From positions 119,885,109 through 119,949,108 of the forward strand of contig NC_068984.1 of the NCBI RefSeq assembly GCF_001194135.2: a DNA stretch of 64,000 nt. The letters run 5' to 3'. Positions within the stretch are counted from its first letter, which is position 1; the number at the start of each line of letters is the position of its first letter. The notes under the pieces were generated by a model. That model ran no database searches, was not told the DNA's origin, and worked only from the letters and a program-made list of their open reading frames with translations. Position numbers and translations under genes: made by a program. Of the stretch, positions 62,085 to 64,000 are shown piece by piece. Source of the DNA: Octopus bimaculoides (Eukaryota).

Positions 62085-62390
62085 GATTTTGGAGGGTCTG
62101 ATTTTGGAGGGATTTTTGATGTCTCTTATTAAAGATCATTAATACCAAGAGTTGATTGGTGGCAATGTTGCAGTATGGGGAAGCATGTATTAGGTGGCGC
62201 CATTTGCAGCAACATTTTATGATTGCACAGGCTTCACTCTCAAGGATGGATTGGTGTTTTTCTGTTTGTGAAAGGGACCTTGAATAGAAGGCCACTGGTC
62301 TTCTTTATTGTGATAGCGTCCCTCCCAAGGCTAGGTTGGAAGCATCTGTTTTGATGGTAAGTGGTATTCCAGGTTGAGATGAGGACGAAT
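62085..62390 (-). mobile_element. Ty3/Gypsy LTR-retrotransposon pol fragment (RNase H domain), pseudogenised
   Basis: SQPGIPLTIKTDASNLALGGTLSQ*RRPVAFYSRSLSQTEKHQSILESEACAIIKCCCKWRHLI contains the TDAS, PVAF.SR.L and E.EA.AI RNase H motifs. Confidence 0.85.
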
Positions 62391-62471
62391 TATCAAGACC
62401 CCATTTTATCTAAAGGACTATATATTTTGAGCGCACCTTGACTAACTTTTTACTCAGCAGGGAAGACTGTT

Positions 62472-62932
62472 TGTTATGAATTATAATACCCTATCATACA
62501 ATAGTAAATAATAGATAAAAATATAGATATTTTATTTTATATTGAGTACAAAAATGCAGCATAGTGTCAAATGACATTCATAGATGGACACTGCCTTTAC
62601 CCAATATAAAATAATGCACCTTAATCATTAGACAGCCATGATTAATGGATTAGACGGTGAGCAGAATAAAGTTTGAATAAAATATATCATAAACCAATTC
62701 AAAGAAGGTTTTTGTTCAAACTTTATTCTGCTTGCTATCTAATCTGTTAATCATGGCTGTCCAATGATTAAAATGCCTTGTTTTATATTAGGTAAATACA
62801 ATATCCATACATCAACGTCATCCAACACTCTGCTACATTTTCGTACTCAATACAAACTAAGATATCTATATTTTCATCTATTATTTACTATTGTAGAAAG
62901 GAATTAATGATAGAGTATTATAATTCATAACA
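62472..62932. repeat. Long foldback element, about 460 bp
   Basis: tgttatgaattataatac pairs with gtattataattcataaca; the arms pair throughout, with a loop at about 62683-62709. Confidence 0.9.
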
Positions 62933-64000
62933 GTGTGAGAGGCTAGATCTTGCCGTTTGAAAATAAACCCAGTGAATAATTTAAGTTGGAAACGGCCAGT
63001 TTAAATGCTAAAGTGTTAAGCCTGATGAGTGTTTTGTTCAGCCACATTCTAGAAAGAACTTTGTCAAAATACTTCCTGTTTACATTATGCGTTTATTTAA
63101 TTGTGGAGTTTTGAGTGAATTTCTTTGGGTTTGTTTTCCTTCTTTTAATTTCTGACTATAATTGCAGTTAATACCTCAGTCAGTGAGTTAGAATTGGTGA
63201 TATTATCATATTATTTAGCAATAGTTTATTTATTTTCATTTGGTAATGATTTAATTAGAAAAAGAGAGCTTCGATTTAAAGAAAATAGTCAGTGATATTT
63301 CAGTGCCATCTGTACACACCAGTGTCCTAAGTGATTCTGATTAGAATTTATATGAAAGTAGACTGATCACATGGTTAATCAGGACATAGATGCTTTCATC
63401 ACTGATGTGGGTCTTACAAAATCACTGATCTAAGAAGCAAAACCCACTGAATATTGTTTTCAAGTTTTACTTTAAGAAATGTTTGTCACGATGAACAGTG
63501 TGACCATAAGGTGTGCGTGTCAACAGGACAACACCATGTTTTTTATATAGATGGAAGAAATGCTGGCATACCACAGAATGCTTTTTCTAATGGGAGTTAT
63601 ACAGTTTCCAAGTTACGAAGTGTATCGGAACAAGAATTCAGCTCTGAAATAGGAAATTGATGTCCAGGAATTCATACCTTACAAATGTGTGTGAAAATAA
63701 CTATGTAAATACTGACTTAGCTATTATTCAGCCTACCTGGGTAGATGAATGTGACATGTCTACTGGTGAAAATCAACAGTAGAGGTCAAAATTACATTCA
63801 AAATAATCAGCAACAATTTATATTTATGTGTGTGTGTATGTGTGTGTGTGTTTGTGTGTTCCTCAAGCATCACTTGACAACCAATATTGGCGTGTTTATG
63901 TCCCTGTAGCTTAGCAGTTTGGCAAACGAGACTGATAGAATAAGTACTAGGCTTACAAAGAATAATTCCTGGGGTCGATTTGTTCAACTAAAATTCTTTA

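Overview
This is AT-rich metazoan genomic DNA with assembly gaps (long N runs at about 29.6-30.3, 31.4-31.6, 32.4-32.9, 36.7-37.6, 57.8-58.1 and 59.9-60.1 kb). The repeat landscape suggests an octopus or other cephalopod genome; this is inferred from the repeats, not from a search. There are no operons, CRISPR arrays or long intact ORFs. The window is dominated by several tRNA-derived SINE families, RTE-LINE 3' fragments with (GAT)n tails and microsatellites. It also holds one full-length degenerate mariner, a 5'-truncated mariner, a Tc1-like remnant, TTAA-flanked piggyBac-type MITEs, an R4/Dong-like RLE retroelement sitting in (TAA)n, a HERO-like remnant and a Ty3/Gypsy RNase H fragment. Short AG...GT-bounded open frames on the + strand can be chained in phase into a possible many-exon host gene whose protein I do not recognise; this was assembled by eye and is low to moderate confidence. 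The most notable items are: (1) a tRNA-headed SINE with a minimal hammerhead-ribozyme (Penelope-type) tail, arranged as a head-to-head inverted dimer at about 11.9-12.4 kb; (2) a U6 snRNA/SINE-tail chimeric retrocopy nested in an RTE-type tail at about 17.0 kb; (3) many long foldback elements and a roughly 2.7-kb inverted duplication; (4) short direct duplications spaced about 1.1-1.3 kb apart. Repeat boundaries are approximate.
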